NCBI GenBank assembly: GCA_029261195.1 | Contig: JAJDBU010000036.1 | Span: 6,087 to 70,086 of the forward strand | Source of the DNA: Nitrospirota bacterium | Lineage (GTDB): Bacteria; Nitrospirota; Nitrospiria; SBBL01; JAADHI01 | Reading direction: 5' to 3' | DNA: 64,000 bases | In this document: positions 1 to 9,334 of the stretch, in pieces | How the letters are laid out: each line of letters begins with the position of its first letter | Position numbering within the stretch: position 1 is the stretch's first letter | Notes under the pieces: model-generated | The model's input: only the letters and a program-made list of their open reading frames with translations | Databases searched by the model: none | What the model was told of the DNA's origin: nothing | Translations under genes and position numbers: made by a program

Positions 1-609
1 TTTTTTCTGCATGACGATGGATGGAACCGCTTTGAGCTTGAGGCGTTTGATCAGCTTTTGATCTGCGAAGAAAACAGGCCGATCCATTTGTTCGGTCAGT
101 TCGTAATAAGGGCCTTCGGTCAGAAGGAGTGTGACTTTTGTGTCTTTCGCAAAATCGGAAGATTTAAACCATGTGACCTGTTCGGCGTCGTTACCATTTA
201 GGACGATGAGGATTGTCGGAAGAAAAACATGGTTGAGTGGATTAAAACTGTAGCCCCTTGGATAGAGGATGCCCCCTTTTCCATCAGGAATATCCATGTC
301 CAGGGTGTAGGCCATGTTGACTGTAAAGGTGTTGGTTTCTACAGCACGAGGCAGTTTTTGAAGGTCGGATGGCCGATAGGATTTAACTGTTTTTTCGACA
401 TGCTCTTTGTTGAAAATCGATCCCCAATCGACCTCTCCCGCTCGTTTTTCAATTTCAGTCAATGCATCGGGTTCAATGATGGAATAAGTTGTGCCGAATG
501 ATCCTAATTCAATCGCAAAAAGGGAGCTTGGCGCAATCAGACATACAACTAGGGGCAGGACAAAGATGAAGATTGAGTTAAGGAATATTTTATCGTTTCT
601 TTTGGTCAT
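1..609 (-). CDS. traW: TraW, F-type conjugative pilus assembly protein (3' end beyond window edge)
   Basis: Hand translation of the minus strand from ATG at 609..607 gives MTKRNDKIFLNSIFIFVLPLVVCLIAPSSLFAIELGSFGTTYSIIEPDALTEIEKRAG...YSFNPLNHVFLPTILIVLNGNDAEQVTWF...FADQKLIKRLKLKAVPSIV. The frame stays open to nt 1, so it is missing from the ORF track because no stop lies in the window. It has a signal-like N-terminus, and the blocks G..Y.I.EPD, NP..., NG.D..QV.W and vPs.v match F TraW as I recall it. It lies directly downstream of traN. Confidence 0.7.
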   Translation of the reverse strand, partial: MTKRNDKIFLNSIFIFVLPLVVCLIAPSSLFAIELGSFGTTYSIIEPDALTEIEKRAGEVDWGSIFNKEHVEKTVKSYRPSDLQKLPRAVETNTFTVNMAYTLDMDIPDGKGGILYPRGYSFNPLNHVFLPTILIVLNGNDAEQVTWFKSSDFAKDTKVTLLLTEGPYYELTEQMDRPVFFADQKLIKRLKLKAVPSIVMQKK

Positions 610-618
610 GACTTCGCC

Positions 619-3117
619 TTATCTGAGATCGTTGTAAAAATTATTGATCTCATCTCCCATGTTGGTTTCCATCTGGCTTTGATTCTCAGTTGAAATATCT
701 CCGAAGTAGTCCGAGAGGTCGATTTGACTAAAATCGAGCATGGCAAAATCTTCCGGCGTAAACCCACCGCATTTGGGGTCGGCAACGGTTCCCCAATCTC
801 CGGTTGTTCCGAAGGTATTGAGTTGAGGTCGTCCCTGCTCATGGATAATTCGACCGAGTTTTCCACTGAATTGGCAATAGACTTCTTCGTCTTGTATGCA
901 GATCGTTGTGAACCCGAGATCGATACTGGAAATACATTGACTACCAATGAGGACGGTTTGTCCGTTGTCCCTGGCGTCGTTCAGTTCTTGTTCTGACGCG
1001 TCACAGAATTTTAAGAAGTCCAGTATTGAGGAAGAGGTGTTACTGCAGCAGTTAAAGAAAGTAGTGTCTGCACCCGATGGTCGGCAACTCGCTCCTTTTC
1101 CTCCAAAGATTTCGATTGTTCCAGTGCAAAGACCTGTACTTGGGTCGGTGACTCCATTACAGCTCATCTCTTCTCCGGCTGTTTTTAAGACTTCCATCAT
1201 AGAGGCGGCCTCAGCAAAGTCGTCCTGACAGGCGCAATCGCTGACTAAAGTTTCGCCGATATCCAGTGGGCATGTCGGTGTACCGCCAACAATCGGACAG
1301 GTTTTGTAGAAGGTGTCGATACTGTTCGTCGACAACCGAAATTCCGAGGTATTTCCACTGAGCGTTGCGTCGGTGTCGCTAGTCGGTTTGCTCGTCCTGC
1401 AAGACATATCGCAGGTGCCGGTGGGCGTTGCGGAAGGGAGTGTAAATGTACTGTTATCAGAAACCCAAGCGCCTCCCTCGTCTTTTCGAAGATCTTCATA
1501 ATAGAGCGAGGTGGGTGAACTACTGACGCTGCCTGTAATGGCTTCCGCGCGTGTTTGTGCATCACTGAAGTCATAAGTTGCGCCTGTCTCACAGCGGTAG
1601 GTTCGGTCTTGTTCCCACCAGTCTCTACATTCAGTGTAGTTTCCCAACCCCCCGGCAAAGTCTCGGCAGGAGTTTAAAGGTGTAAGCCCTGTTGGATTGT
1701 AATTGGCGTAGGTAATGACACCATCGACCGTTTCATCTTTGAGTTGGCAGGTTGGGTCGGCCTCCAGGCCGGTGCAGCCGTCGTTGATTACCTCATTGAT
1801 GGTATCTAATGTGTAATTAAAGAAGTAGGAATAGGTGTAGCTTGGGAATTGCGCACCTCCAGCACTGCAAGTGATGACGTTGAGGGGTGTATTGACGGTA
1901 GAAACCGTTGATGTCGGTGTTGTCCCGCATCCCCCTCCGCTTGCATTGATTGTCGCCCAAAAAGACGTTGGGGCTGCGGGGAGGGTGATAATTTCTAGCG
2001 TATGCCAGTCACCGACTCCGCCGCCGCTTCCTCCTCCGCCACAATTTTTATGGGGTTCACCTAATTCTCCGGGTCCGGTATCAAGCACTTGGAGATGAAA
2101 GGTGAGTGGATCCGCTTCAAAGACTCGGACATAGACAAAATGGTCGGTGCACATTGTTCCGGCACCGGAGTTGGTCACTGTATCGGTCGTTGTTGTGACT
2201 GAGATCACGCGGTCGACCTTGCAAGTCGGGTAGGCCGAAGCAGCTGCACTGGATGCTAAAGAAGATGACATGAGGTTGTAATAGCTGTCCGGATCTCCTG
2301 ATTGGCTTGTGATTTCAGTCGTCGTATCCGTCGTGATCGCACTTGGATTTCCATAATATTGGTCCGGGTTTGTTGGGCCGCTGGATGAGGGGATACTGGA
2401 ACAAGCCGCCGTATTTTGTCCGTAATAGTCGATGGAAAACCCTGAAACACTGACATTTGAAATCGCATATTTTGGATCAACGGATTGGATGGAAGCGGCA
2501 ACGCCGCTGCCTAAATCTTGCAGTATTTTAGACAGCATTGTCGCGGAAGGACTTCCGCAACTGGCGTTGACACAGTAACAACCGCCAAGGGCGGTCATAG
2601 AAGTGGCACTCAGTGTGACATTGATTGCGGCACTGGTTTGCCATTGATAGTAATTGCATGAATTCCATGTGCCCGGATCGCAGGAAATAACACCGTTGGC
2701 ACAGACACCAGAGACAGGAGAGGGAGGACTATAGGTGTAGTCAGCTGTACCATCCAGGTCTGTGTCAATCGCGATCACTATGGGGTCTAAATCCTTATTG
2801 ATTGCAGTCACGCCGGTCGTGACGTTTAAGAACGCGCTTGAGGAGGGACATGTCAGCTGTGCATCAAAGGATGTTGCATCGTCCAGTGATTTAAGTTGTG
2901 TGCTGTTATTGGTTAAAGGATTGGCGCTTCGGTCTTGAATGCCTTGGGTTGATCCCATCCGGTCTAGCACCCAATTCCCGAGGTTTGTTCCTGCTTGTGA
3001 TGACAAATCATGGCTTGTCGCAAGCAGTAATGAGGGCCGCGTGACCGACATCAATACAAACAAGAGAATGACCCTAACTCCGATATTTCTGGACCATTTT
3101 GGCCAGTGCTTCTTCAT
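619..3117 (-). CDS. traN: TraN, mating-pair stabilisation outer-membrane protein (large variant, ~832 aa)
   Basis: This is ORF 619..3228 with the start trimmed to ATG 3117 (MKKHWPKWSRNIGVRVILLFVLMSV, signal-like), which overlaps the traC 3' end by ~44 nt. The protein is very Cys-rich. The C-terminal block FFNCCSNTSS...FCDASEQELNDARDNG...VYCQFSGKLGRIIHEQGRPQL...CGGFTPEDFAMLDFSQIDLSDYF matches the conserved TraN C-terminus. Confidence 0.8.
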   Translation of the reverse strand: MKKHWPKWSRNIGVRVILLFVLMSVTRPSLLLATSHDLSSQAGTNLGNWVLDRMGSTQGIQDRSANPLTNNSTQLKSLDDATSFDAQLTCPSSSAFLNVTTGVTAINKDLDPIVIAIDTDLDGTADYTYSPPSPVSGVCANGVISCDPGTWNSCNYYQWQTSAAINVTLSATSMTALGGCYCVNASCGSPSATMLSKILQDLGSGVAASIQSVDPKYAISNVSVSGFSIDYYGQNTAACSSIPSSSGPTNPDQYYGNPSAITTDTTTEITSQSGDPDSYYNLMSSSLASSAAASAYPTCKVDRVISVTTTTDTVTNSGAGTMCTDHFVYVRVFEADPLTFHLQVLDTGPGELGEPHKNCGGGGSGGGVGDWHTLEIITLPAAPTSFWATINASGGGCGTTPTSTVSTVNTPLNVITCSAGGAQFPSYTYSYFFNYTLDTINEVINDGCTGLEADPTCQLKDETVDGVITYANYNPTGLTPLNSCRDFAGGLGNYTECRDWWEQDRTYRCETGATYDFSDAQTRAEAITGSVSSSPTSLYYEDLRKDEGGAWVSDNSTFTLPSATPTGTCDMSCRTSKPTSDTDATLSGNTSEFRLSTNSIDTFYKTCPIVGGTPTCPLDIGETLVSDCACQDDFAEAASMMEVLKTAGEEMSCNGVTDPSTGLCTGTIEIFGGKGASCRPSGADTTFFNCCSNTSSSILDFLKFCDASEQELNDARDNGQTVLIGSQCISSIDLGFTTICIQDEEVYCQFSGKLGRIIHEQGRPQLNTFGTTGDWGTVADPKCGGFTPEDFAMLDFSQIDLSDYFGDISTENQSQMETNMGDEINNFYNDLR

Positions 3118-5569
3118 ACGGCATTCCTGATGAAACATGTGATTCGATTTCTGCGACTTCTGCCCCATCCGAGGTATAGACGTAGTAGGAATAGGGATCC
3201 ACGACGAGACGGCCAACGCCGCGTCCAAAGGGTGTCTCCATAAATATTTCAGAGTAATAGGGCTTCTTGCTTTCCGTGCTTTTCAGGAGTTCGAGGGAAA
3301 AGGGGTCGAAATCGATGAGTTTTTCTTGTTGGGCTTTTTCGAAATCAGGGGATTGCAGGAAAAATTTAAAGGCCGAGTTAGAATTGATGACATCTCCGAT
3401 ACTGCCGAAATTTTTCAGATCAAGTGGGGATTGTGTGATAATGCCGAAGCTGCCTCCGTATTTTCTGGCACGTCGATATCCGCCATTAATGACTTGTTCC
3501 AAGGCCATCATTTCCCCGCCTTCACCTAAGAATTGCCAGGCTTCGTCAAAATTGATCAATCGTCTTCTGCTTTTATCGGAAAGATAGAGATCCAAGGTGA
3601 CGGCATTGACAATCTGAAGAGTGATGACTTTAAAGAGTTCTTTTTGGGGTTTGAGATTTTCAAGCTCAAGCACAACAAATTCATCATTGGAGATATCTAA
3701 GGTTGATTTTCCGTTGACCCAACGGCCGTAATTCCCCTCACTTGTAAATTCGCTCAGGTTGTAGGCCATTTCAAATGCCAATTCTTTTAATGCCTCAAGG
3801 TTGATGTTTTCGTTTGTTGCATGTTGTGGGAAGGTTTTTAGGAATTCGTAAACAAGGTCAATGTGGTTCTGTTTTTCTGGCATTTCTTCGTAGGCCCATG
3901 TTGCTGCCGCTTTGATCAAGGTCATAATGGTTTCTGCTTTTTCCGGTGGCACGGAGCCGGTCGCGGAATAGATCATTTGCAGGATAATGGCGGCAACGAC
4001 AGAGACATCTTCTTTAAAGTCACGGATATTGCTGAAAGGGTTGAGGCAGACTTGAGAGGATTTATCAAAATCGAGGTAGACGCCGTTAAACATCTTGGCC
4101 AGTTTTTTATATGAACCGCCGATGTCGATAATCCGAATGATGGATCCGCTTGCGAAGTAGTTGTATACGAGCGAATTAACAAAGAACGATTTTCCGCCGC
4201 CGCTGGTGGCACAGACAAAGTAGTTATGGTTGTTGGCATGTTTGTCGAAGATATCGATGCCGCAGACCTGGCCCTTTCGCCCGCAAAAGACGATGACGGG
4301 CTTTCCGCCGCCCGCAAAATCCGATTGGACGGGAACAATCGATGTAATGGCGTCGGTTTGAGCAATGAAATCTCGTTCAAGCAAAGCAAGATTATTCCCT
4401 TGGGTGTAAAGGCCGAAAGGCAGGCTGCTCAGGAAGAGGATGGGCAGAATCCCGCGATCTTCCTGCATGACGAATTCGTGTGATTCCCAGATGCGCTTGA
4501 TTCGCGTAATGGCATCCGTCGTGCTTTGTTCGCTTTTATGCCAAACCCAAAGGATGGGGATAATCTGCAGGAATTGCGTCCCCTTTTCGAGTTCGTCTGT
4601 CGCCCATTGAAATTCATTTTGTTTGCGTGCCAGGGTGCTGGCTAAACTGCCGAAGCCTTGCTGCAATAGAATGAGGTTGCATTTCTTGTGGAGCGCGGCT
4701 TTTTGGTTACTGAAAATGACATTCATGGTGTAGAGGAAGGGGGTTTTAATCTGATCTCCATCAGACCCCCCGCCCCAGCATCCCCCGAAAAGTTCATTGC
4801 TCATCATGAGGTCAACCTGCTTCGGGAAGATTTTAGGGGTGGCGCATTTAAAGAAGGTGTCTCCTATTTTTAAATGATTGGACTGATGTGAGATGGGTGT
4901 TTCTGCGGAGATGATTTGTTTGCTGATCGGAATACCATCGTCATAGTGAAAATGCTCATGCGTTTTCTGCTGGTTGAATAGGCGCCACATGCAATCGATC
5001 AACGCCTCTGCTTTCCAAGGCCTTGGGTAGAGACCGGCACCACGGAGGGTTTCTTCAACGATTTTTTTTGTGTCTTCCAGATCCGTTTTAGAGAAGCCTT
5101 TGATGTTCACAGGGAATTTAATACTGACAAATAATCTGAAGTTTCGGACGGGGATATTTGAAAGGCTCTGTAGGCCCTTGGTTCCATTTTTCAGGAAGTC
5201 ACAGAAACCTTGAGTTGTTTTTCTGACGATGGGCAGGTCTCTTGTCTTGAGTGCTTCAAAAGCGTCTAAAAAGGGATCGATATTGTCATCCGCATAAAGC
5301 GTGAATTGAAGGATAGTCCCTTCCGGCATGGGATATTGAATCAGATTTTTTAATATGTTTTGTGTCTTTTCTCCGGCAAATGCCAGTGGGCTGCACTCCC
5401 AAATAAATCCCTGAGTGTTGTCTGAATTAATGTAAAGGTCACTTTCTGGATCGTGTGCCAACCAAGGCAGAAAATCAGAGAACTTACTTCGCTCGGTCAT
5501 TTTCTTTAGATCGCCGGTAGTCATTCCACCCTTGGATCCAAAGATATTAAAGAAATCGAGTACACCCAT
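3074..5569 (-). CDS. traC: TraC, VirB4-family T4SS ATPase
   Basis: 831 aa. Walker A is CATSGGGKSFF and the Walker B-like segment is RRLINFDEAWQF. The N-terminal FSDFLPWLAHDPESDLYINSD resembles F TraC. Synteny is traV-traC. Confidence 0.9.
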   Translation of the reverse strand: MGVLDFFNIFGSKGGMTTGDLKKMTERSKFSDFLPWLAHDPESDLYINSDNTQGFIWECSPLAFAGEKTQNILKNLIQYPMPEGTILQFTLYADDNIDPFLDAFEALKTRDLPIVRKTTQGFCDFLKNGTKGLQSLSNIPVRNFRLFVSIKFPVNIKGFSKTDLEDTKKIVEETLRGAGLYPRPWKAEALIDCMWRLFNQQKTHEHFHYDDGIPISKQIISAETPISHQSNHLKIGDTFFKCATPKIFPKQVDLMMSNELFGGCWGGGSDGDQIKTPFLYTMNVIFSNQKAALHKKCNLILLQQGFGSLASTLARKQNEFQWATDELEKGTQFLQIIPILWVWHKSEQSTTDAITRIKRIWESHEFVMQEDRGILPILFLSSLPFGLYTQGNNLALLERDFIAQTDAITSIVPVQSDFAGGGKPVIVFCGRKGQVCGIDIFDKHANNHNYFVCATSGGGKSFFVNSLVYNYFASGSIIRIIDIGGSYKKLAKMFNGVYLDFDKSSQVCLNPFSNIRDFKEDVSVVAAIILQMIYSATGSVPPEKAETIMTLIKAAATWAYEEMPEKQNHIDLVYEFLKTFPQHATNENINLEALKELAFEMAYNLSEFTSEGNYGRWVNGKSTLDISNDEFVVLELENLKPQKELFKVITLQIVNAVTLDLYLSDKSRRRLINFDEAWQFLGEGGEMMALEQVINGGYRRARKYGGSFGIITQSPLDLKNFGSIGDVINSNSAFKFFLQSPDFEKAQQEKLIDFDPFSLELLKSTESKKPYYSEIFMETPFGRGVGRLVVDPYSYYVYTSDGAEVAEIESHVSSGMPYEEALAKMVQKYRS

Positions 5570-5572
5570 TGT

Positions 5573-6100
5573 TCAGTCCTTTAAGTCTCTTGGAAACGGT
5601 TGTTGAGATCGGAGATGTCGCTTTTTCCCAGTGAGTTGGTTCTCAAGCACCCATTGAGCCTTGTCGACAATGAGGTAGATGTACCGAGGCATATAGAGTT
5701 CTGAGCCTGAGCCTTCGTAGGGCAGTACGAGGACACGAATGACTTTTGGAGGTTTGATCATGGGTGTTTTGGGCTCCTTTAAAATACTCGTCATTTTTTT
5801 TACAAGGGCATTGAAATAAGTGACCTCAGTAGAGTCAGGTTCGGCCGCTTTTTCAATCGCATCTGCAATGTCTTTATCGCTCTCGTTTGAGGATTCAGAA
5901 GATTCCGATGTATCGGATGCTTTCGATGTCTCGTTAAGAGGATCCTGAGGATCGCCATTGATTGATTCTTCGTAGGCTGTGGTTGTCGAAATACATTTCC
6001 CTCCGAATGTTTCAGGGCAGGAAAAATCGGCTTCATAAGGGGTGAAATGTTTGCAAGCTGAAAGCAATAAAAGCATGACAACGATGGTTAGATTTCGCAT
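5573..6100 (-). CDS. traV: TraV, T4SS outer-membrane lipoprotein
   Basis: 175 aa with lipobox LLLSAC. The C-terminal VIRVLVLPYEGSGSELYMPRYIYLIV resembles the TraV C-terminal motif. The gene sits between traB and traC and overlaps the traB stop. Confidence 0.65.
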   Translation of the reverse strand: MRNLTIVVMLLLLSACKHFTPYEADFSCPETFGGKCISTTTAYEESINGDPQDPLNETSKASDTSESSESSNESDKDIADAIEKAAEPDSTEVTYFNALVKKMTSILKEPKTPMIKPPKVIRVLVLPYEGSGSELYMPRYIYLIVDKAQWVLENQLTGKKRHLRSQQPFPRDLKD

Positions 6101-7242
6101 TGATCTTCTCCTTTACAAGTTTCTTTGATCTCCAGGTTGACGCCTTCGGAGATAATGACGGTGACTGTCTGACCTGGCAGCATTTCAATCACTGGGGTTG
6201 CTTGACGGGCGAGTTCGAGGTAGAGCTTTTGAATCTCTTTACTCCCACCTGAGAGTCCACCACCCAGAGCAGCTCTTCCAAGATTATTGGTGTCGATGAT
6301 TTGAGTGCTTCCCAGCGGACTGTTGCTTGTAGATCTTGCCGAGGATGAAAGGGCGTCTCCCGCGCCGCCAAATAGGCCCGCGATGGCGGCATAGGCAATG
6401 GATTCGCCCACTTTATGCACCACTTTTCCTTTAACCCCGTTTTTGCTGGTACTGCCTGCGATCCATCCTTTGATGGCTTGGTCAATGACGGACTCCCCGT
6501 TTTTGGCAAGACATGAGAGCGTGACCAAACGCAGCATGACGGCTTCTTTTGAGAGTTTCCCGTAACCATGTGCGATGACAAAACAGCCTTTCAGGTTTGC
6601 TTTGATCCTGTTGGGGAGAACCGCGAGGTCTTTGATTCTAAGGAGAACCGGTTCGGGTTCTCCGTCGGCTGACTCAACGGTTTCAGCATCAAGGCCAGTT
6701 AAGAGGGTCGCTTCCATAAAAGAAGGGGGAAGGTAGATGCTGTTTGTTTCTTTTTTTTTATCGGCTGGGCTTGCAAGCAGTTCATCAAGAAAGGGATTGG
6801 AGGCGACAGTGATTGCACCGATGCTTTCTTCTGTGTGGATGATAGAAACTGGGGCAGGTGCTTTTGTGATTACGGGGAGAGGTGGGGGCGGCAACGTGAG
6901 TGCATTGTCGGGTGGGATGGGGATGCTTTTTCCCTTTTTAGCTGGTTCCAGGTCAATGGTGACGCCTCTAATGGCTTCAATTTCTTTTTTTAGTTTCTCA
7001 ATTTTGTTGTTTTGTTCTCGCGCCGTTTGTTGTGCTTCGGAGACCATGGTTTTTTCTAAAACGCCCGGGTCGAGTCTGATCTCTTTTTGCGTGCTTCGGG
7101 GATCAATAATAGGAGAGACTTTATCCTTGAATGTATAGGCTGCGGTGGCTGCGCCAATAATGAGGAAAAGAATAGAGACCAAGAGAAAGCGTTGCTTCCG
7201 TGCGGGACTTAAGTTTTTCCAAAAGTCGTTTGGATTAGCCAT
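6088..7242 (-). CDS. traB: TraB, VirB10-like T4SS core protein
   Basis: 384 aa. It has an N-terminal TM segment (FLLVSILFLIIGAATAAY), a coiled or Pro-rich linker (LTLPPPPLPVITKAPAP) and a beta-rich C-terminal domain. Synteny is traK-traB-traV with overlapping stop and start codons. Confidence 0.7.
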   Translation of the reverse strand: MANPNDFWKNLSPARKQRFLLVSILFLIIGAATAAYTFKDKVSPIIDPRSTQKEIRLDPGVLEKTMVSEAQQTAREQNNKIEKLKKEIEAIRGVTIDLEPAKKGKSIPIPPDNALTLPPPPLPVITKAPAPVSIIHTEESIGAITVASNPFLDELLASPADKKKETNSIYLPPSFMEATLLTGLDAETVESADGEPEPVLLRIKDLAVLPNRIKANLKGCFVIAHGYGKLSKEAVMLRLVTLSCLAKNGESVIDQAIKGWIAGSTSKNGVKGKVVHKVGESIAYAAIAGLFGGAGDALSSSARSTSNSPLGSTQIIDTNNLGRAALGGGLSGGSKEIQKLYLELARQATPVIEMLPGQTVTVIISEGVNLEIKETCKGEDQCEI

Positions 7243-8008
7243 GAAATTGACCTCCTTGGCGTTCGATGATAATCATGCGTGCGGTGTGACCCGGTTTCAG
7301 CGACAGGATGTCGATGCTCAGGGCGACCGGGCGCAGAGTAAATTCACTGCGTAGAAAATCCCCTTCTTTTAATGCGATGGCGCCAGTAACATCTTTGGGT
7401 TTCAGAACATATTCCTTAATGAGAAAACCTTCACCCTCAACTTTGATCGTTCGAATATGGGTAACCTTGAGGTTGCGGTAGAGGTTTATGGCTTTGTTTG
7501 CGGTGTGGATGGTAAAGCTGTCAGGGATGTCATTGGTATAGACAGCTTTGATCAGCTTGAGAACTTTTTCTTCATAGGGCAGGCCTCTAAGATAGGCCTG
7601 GTTTTTTTTAATGGTTTGTGTCGTACCGCTTGCGAGATGAATGATTTGGGATGGGATTTTCTTAGGAACTGCAATGATATGGTAAACGCTCTCTCCGCAC
7701 GTGATAAAGAGTTCTGATGGAATCTGGGAATAGTGCAGCTTTTCATCTATCTTGATGATCTCAAATTTGAGATAGGCATCTTTTTTCGTGTAGTGGATCT
7801 TAATGCCCTTTTCTTGTGAGTGGACGATATCCGTGATGGGTGTGGGGCAAATGATCCGGTTGACGTCTGAATTGCTGAGTTCTACTTTCGTCGCTATTTC
7901 CGGCAGAACCCGAGTACCCCTTTGGATAAGAAGCTGTGGCTCCGCAGAAAATCCCTTAGCTGGAAAGATGAAAAGAAGTAACAAGATGACTATTTGAATT
8001 TTCTGCAT
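7235..8008 (-). CDS. traK: TraK, VirB9/secretin-like T4SS core protein
   Basis: 257 aa with a signal peptide (MQKIQIVILLLLFIFPAKGFSA). Its position between traE and traB and its size match F TraK. The call rests mainly on synteny. Confidence 0.6.
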   Translation of the reverse strand: MQKIQIVILLLLFIFPAKGFSAEPQLLIQRGTRVLPEIATKVELSNSDVNRIICPTPITDIVHSQEKGIKIHYTKKDAYLKFEIIKIDEKLHYSQIPSELFITCGESVYHIIAVPKKIPSQIIHLASGTTQTIKKNQAYLRGLPYEEKVLKLIKAVYTNDIPDSFTIHTANKAINLYRNLKVTHIRTIKVEGEGFLIKEYVLKPKDVTGAIALKEGDFLRSEFTLRPVALSIDILSLKPGHTARMIIIERQGGQFHG

Positions 8009-8577
8009 TAGGACCGTCCTCCATCATCGGCGAGTTCTTGTCTCACCTGGGTGAGAGAAAAACGGCCGTTAATAATTTTGTAGTGAATGAGATAAACCCT
8101 TTTTTCATCCCCAAGGGTGGTGGCCTCGGAAAATTGTTTGTTGAGCCCGTAGACCTTGAGCAAGTTGGGTGTTGAAATGACCTTTTGGACAAAGAAGGTA
8201 TTTGAGACCAGGGACACTTCGATTCGGTCAGCGAGATCATAAAGCTGTGTTTTGGCTTCATCGAAAGACTCCGGGGTGTAGAAGGTCAGCAAGGCGTCGA
8301 ATTGAGATCTTGCCGTAGAAGGCGTGAAGGTTCCCATGAGCGAAACGACATAGCGTCCATAGGCATCCAGGGTACTCTCAGAGGCATGGCTTCCACTGAT
8401 TTCAAGGGGTGTGGGCATGACCGGTGGAATGAGGATGGTTTTTTGGGAATCAAAGGATCTTTGGATCTGAATGGCATTCCAAAAACTCATGACCCCGATC
8501 ACCACAACGACAAATTTCAATAATTTGTTTTCTGCCCACATGGCTGAGGTCATGTTCATGTATCCTTTGGGATTCAT
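8008..8577 (-). CDS. traE: TraE, VirB8-like T4SS inner-membrane protein
   Basis: 189 aa (F TraE is ~188 aa). It has a single N-terminal TM segment (LLKFVVVVIGVMSFWNAI). Synteny is traL-traE-traK. Confidence 0.65.
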   Translation of the reverse strand: MNPKGYMNMTSAMWAENKLLKFVVVVIGVMSFWNAIQIQRSFDSQKTILIPPVMPTPLEISGSHASESTLDAYGRYVVSLMGTFTPSTARSQFDALLTFYTPESFDEAKTQLYDLADRIEVSLVSNTFFVQKVISTPNLLKVYGLNKQFSEATTLGDEKRVYLIHYKIINGRFSLTQVRQELADDGGRS

Positions 8578-8586
8578 CAGCGCGTC

Positions 8587-8856
8587 CTATTCCTGAAAAT
8601 CTTTTTCAAAATAGATTGGGTAGCCTTTAAATCGGGCGAATCCACACATATAAAAGAGGTGTTTGATAAAGCCTCTTGGCCGGGAACTTTTGATGGATTT
8701 AAAGCAGTAGGGCCCGGCAACAATGAAGGGGAAAAACCAGATGCTGATGATATTGGTGAGCAGATAAAAGATGACGCCGATGATGATTTCGTCGATTTCA
8801 AACCATAAGATCTGAAAGGGTCTTGAGATATATAAGGGGAAGCGTGCTTTTTTCAT
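8587..8856 (-). CDS. traL: TraL, VirB3-like T4SS protein
   Basis: 89 aa. MKKARFPLYISRPFQILWFEIDEIIIGVIFYLL is followed by a second TM segment. The size and the position as first gene after the pilin match F TraL. Confidence 0.6.
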   Translation of the reverse strand: MKKARFPLYISRPFQILWFEIDEIIIGVIFYLLTNIISIWFFPFIVAGPYCFKSIKSSRPRGFIKHLFYMCGFARFKGYPIYFEKDFQE

Positions 8857-8897
8857 GATGACCTTCTCTTATCCTCTCTACTCTCTACTTTCTCCTG

Positions 8898-8933
8898 CCC
8901 CTGCCCTGGGCAAGCAAGCATTCAGGGCAGGGG
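8898..8933 (-). promoter_or_regulatory. GC-rich intercistronic stem-loop between pilin gene and traL
   Basis: An 11-bp stem CCCCTGCCCTG (8898..8908) pairs with CAGGGCAGGGG (8923..8933) around a 14-nt loop. It begins ~20 nt after the pilin stop on the transcribed strand. No U-tract follows. Confidence 0.5.
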
Positions 8934-8955
8934 GGAGCGGGGTTGAGGGTGATTG

Positions 8956-9288
8956 TTAAATGATCGCACCGAGACTAGCGACGACGGTATCGGCTTGGAG
9001 AAGAATGGCTCCCCCGAGCACTGCGCTAATCGCCAGCATGATCTCTGACCGGATTGCAGCCCAGGCACCAAAACCGATTGCTAAGACGCCCAGGACAAAT
9101 CCAATGGGGCCATTGAGGATCTGAGTCACCCCGATGTCATAGGCGTCATAGGCAAACGAACCGGCAGCCGGGACTGCGATCGCCCATGCCAGTGAGCTCA
9201 GGCTCATGACGAGCAGCATCACCATGATCGGCATGGATAGATTCCTTGCGTTGAAGCGCTTGGAATATATTTTTCTGAAACTTTGCAT
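8956..9288 (-). CDS. Putative conjugative pilin (TraA/VirB2-like propilin)
   Basis: This is ORF 8956..9384 trimmed to ATG 9288, which is preceded by AAGGAGAA. The 110-aa product has a basic leader ending LAWA followed by two hydrophobic helices (IGFVLGVLAIGFGAWAAI, AISAVLGGAILL). It lies immediately upstream of traL. Confidence 0.55.
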   Translation of the reverse strand: MQSFRKIYSKRFNARNLSMPIMVMLLVMSLSSLAWAIAVPAAGSFAYDAYDIGVTQILNGPIGFVLGVLAIGFGAWAAIRSEIMLAISAVLGGAILLQADTVVASLGAII

Positions 9289-9334
9289 GTTTTCTCCTTT
9301 ATGCGATTGATCTTCTTTCTGCACGAGGCCCGTT

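Noticed and set aside
229-501. A 90-aa plus-strand ORF at the left edge.
   Set aside because: It lies entirely antisense to the much better supported traW frame, which is open from 609 to nt 1 and has clear TraW-like blocks. The ORF has no RBS or family resemblance.
606-947. A 113-aa minus-strand ORF overlapping the traN 3' end. The antisense or alternative-frame ORFs at 724..996, 947..1228, 1245..1658, 1871..2098 and 2256..2501 belong with it.
   Set aside because: All are nested inside the 832-aa TraN frame. Their low-complexity, Arg/Pro/Ser-rich translations are typical of off-frame reading of a GC-moderate gene.
3973-4389. A 138-aa ORF inside traC, plus similar internal ORFs in traB (6189..6581, 6737..7138), hsdR (20985..21482, 21567..21986, 21993..22370) and hsdS (18617..19255).
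   Set aside because: These are shadow ORFs within long, motif-supported genes. They have no independent start signals.
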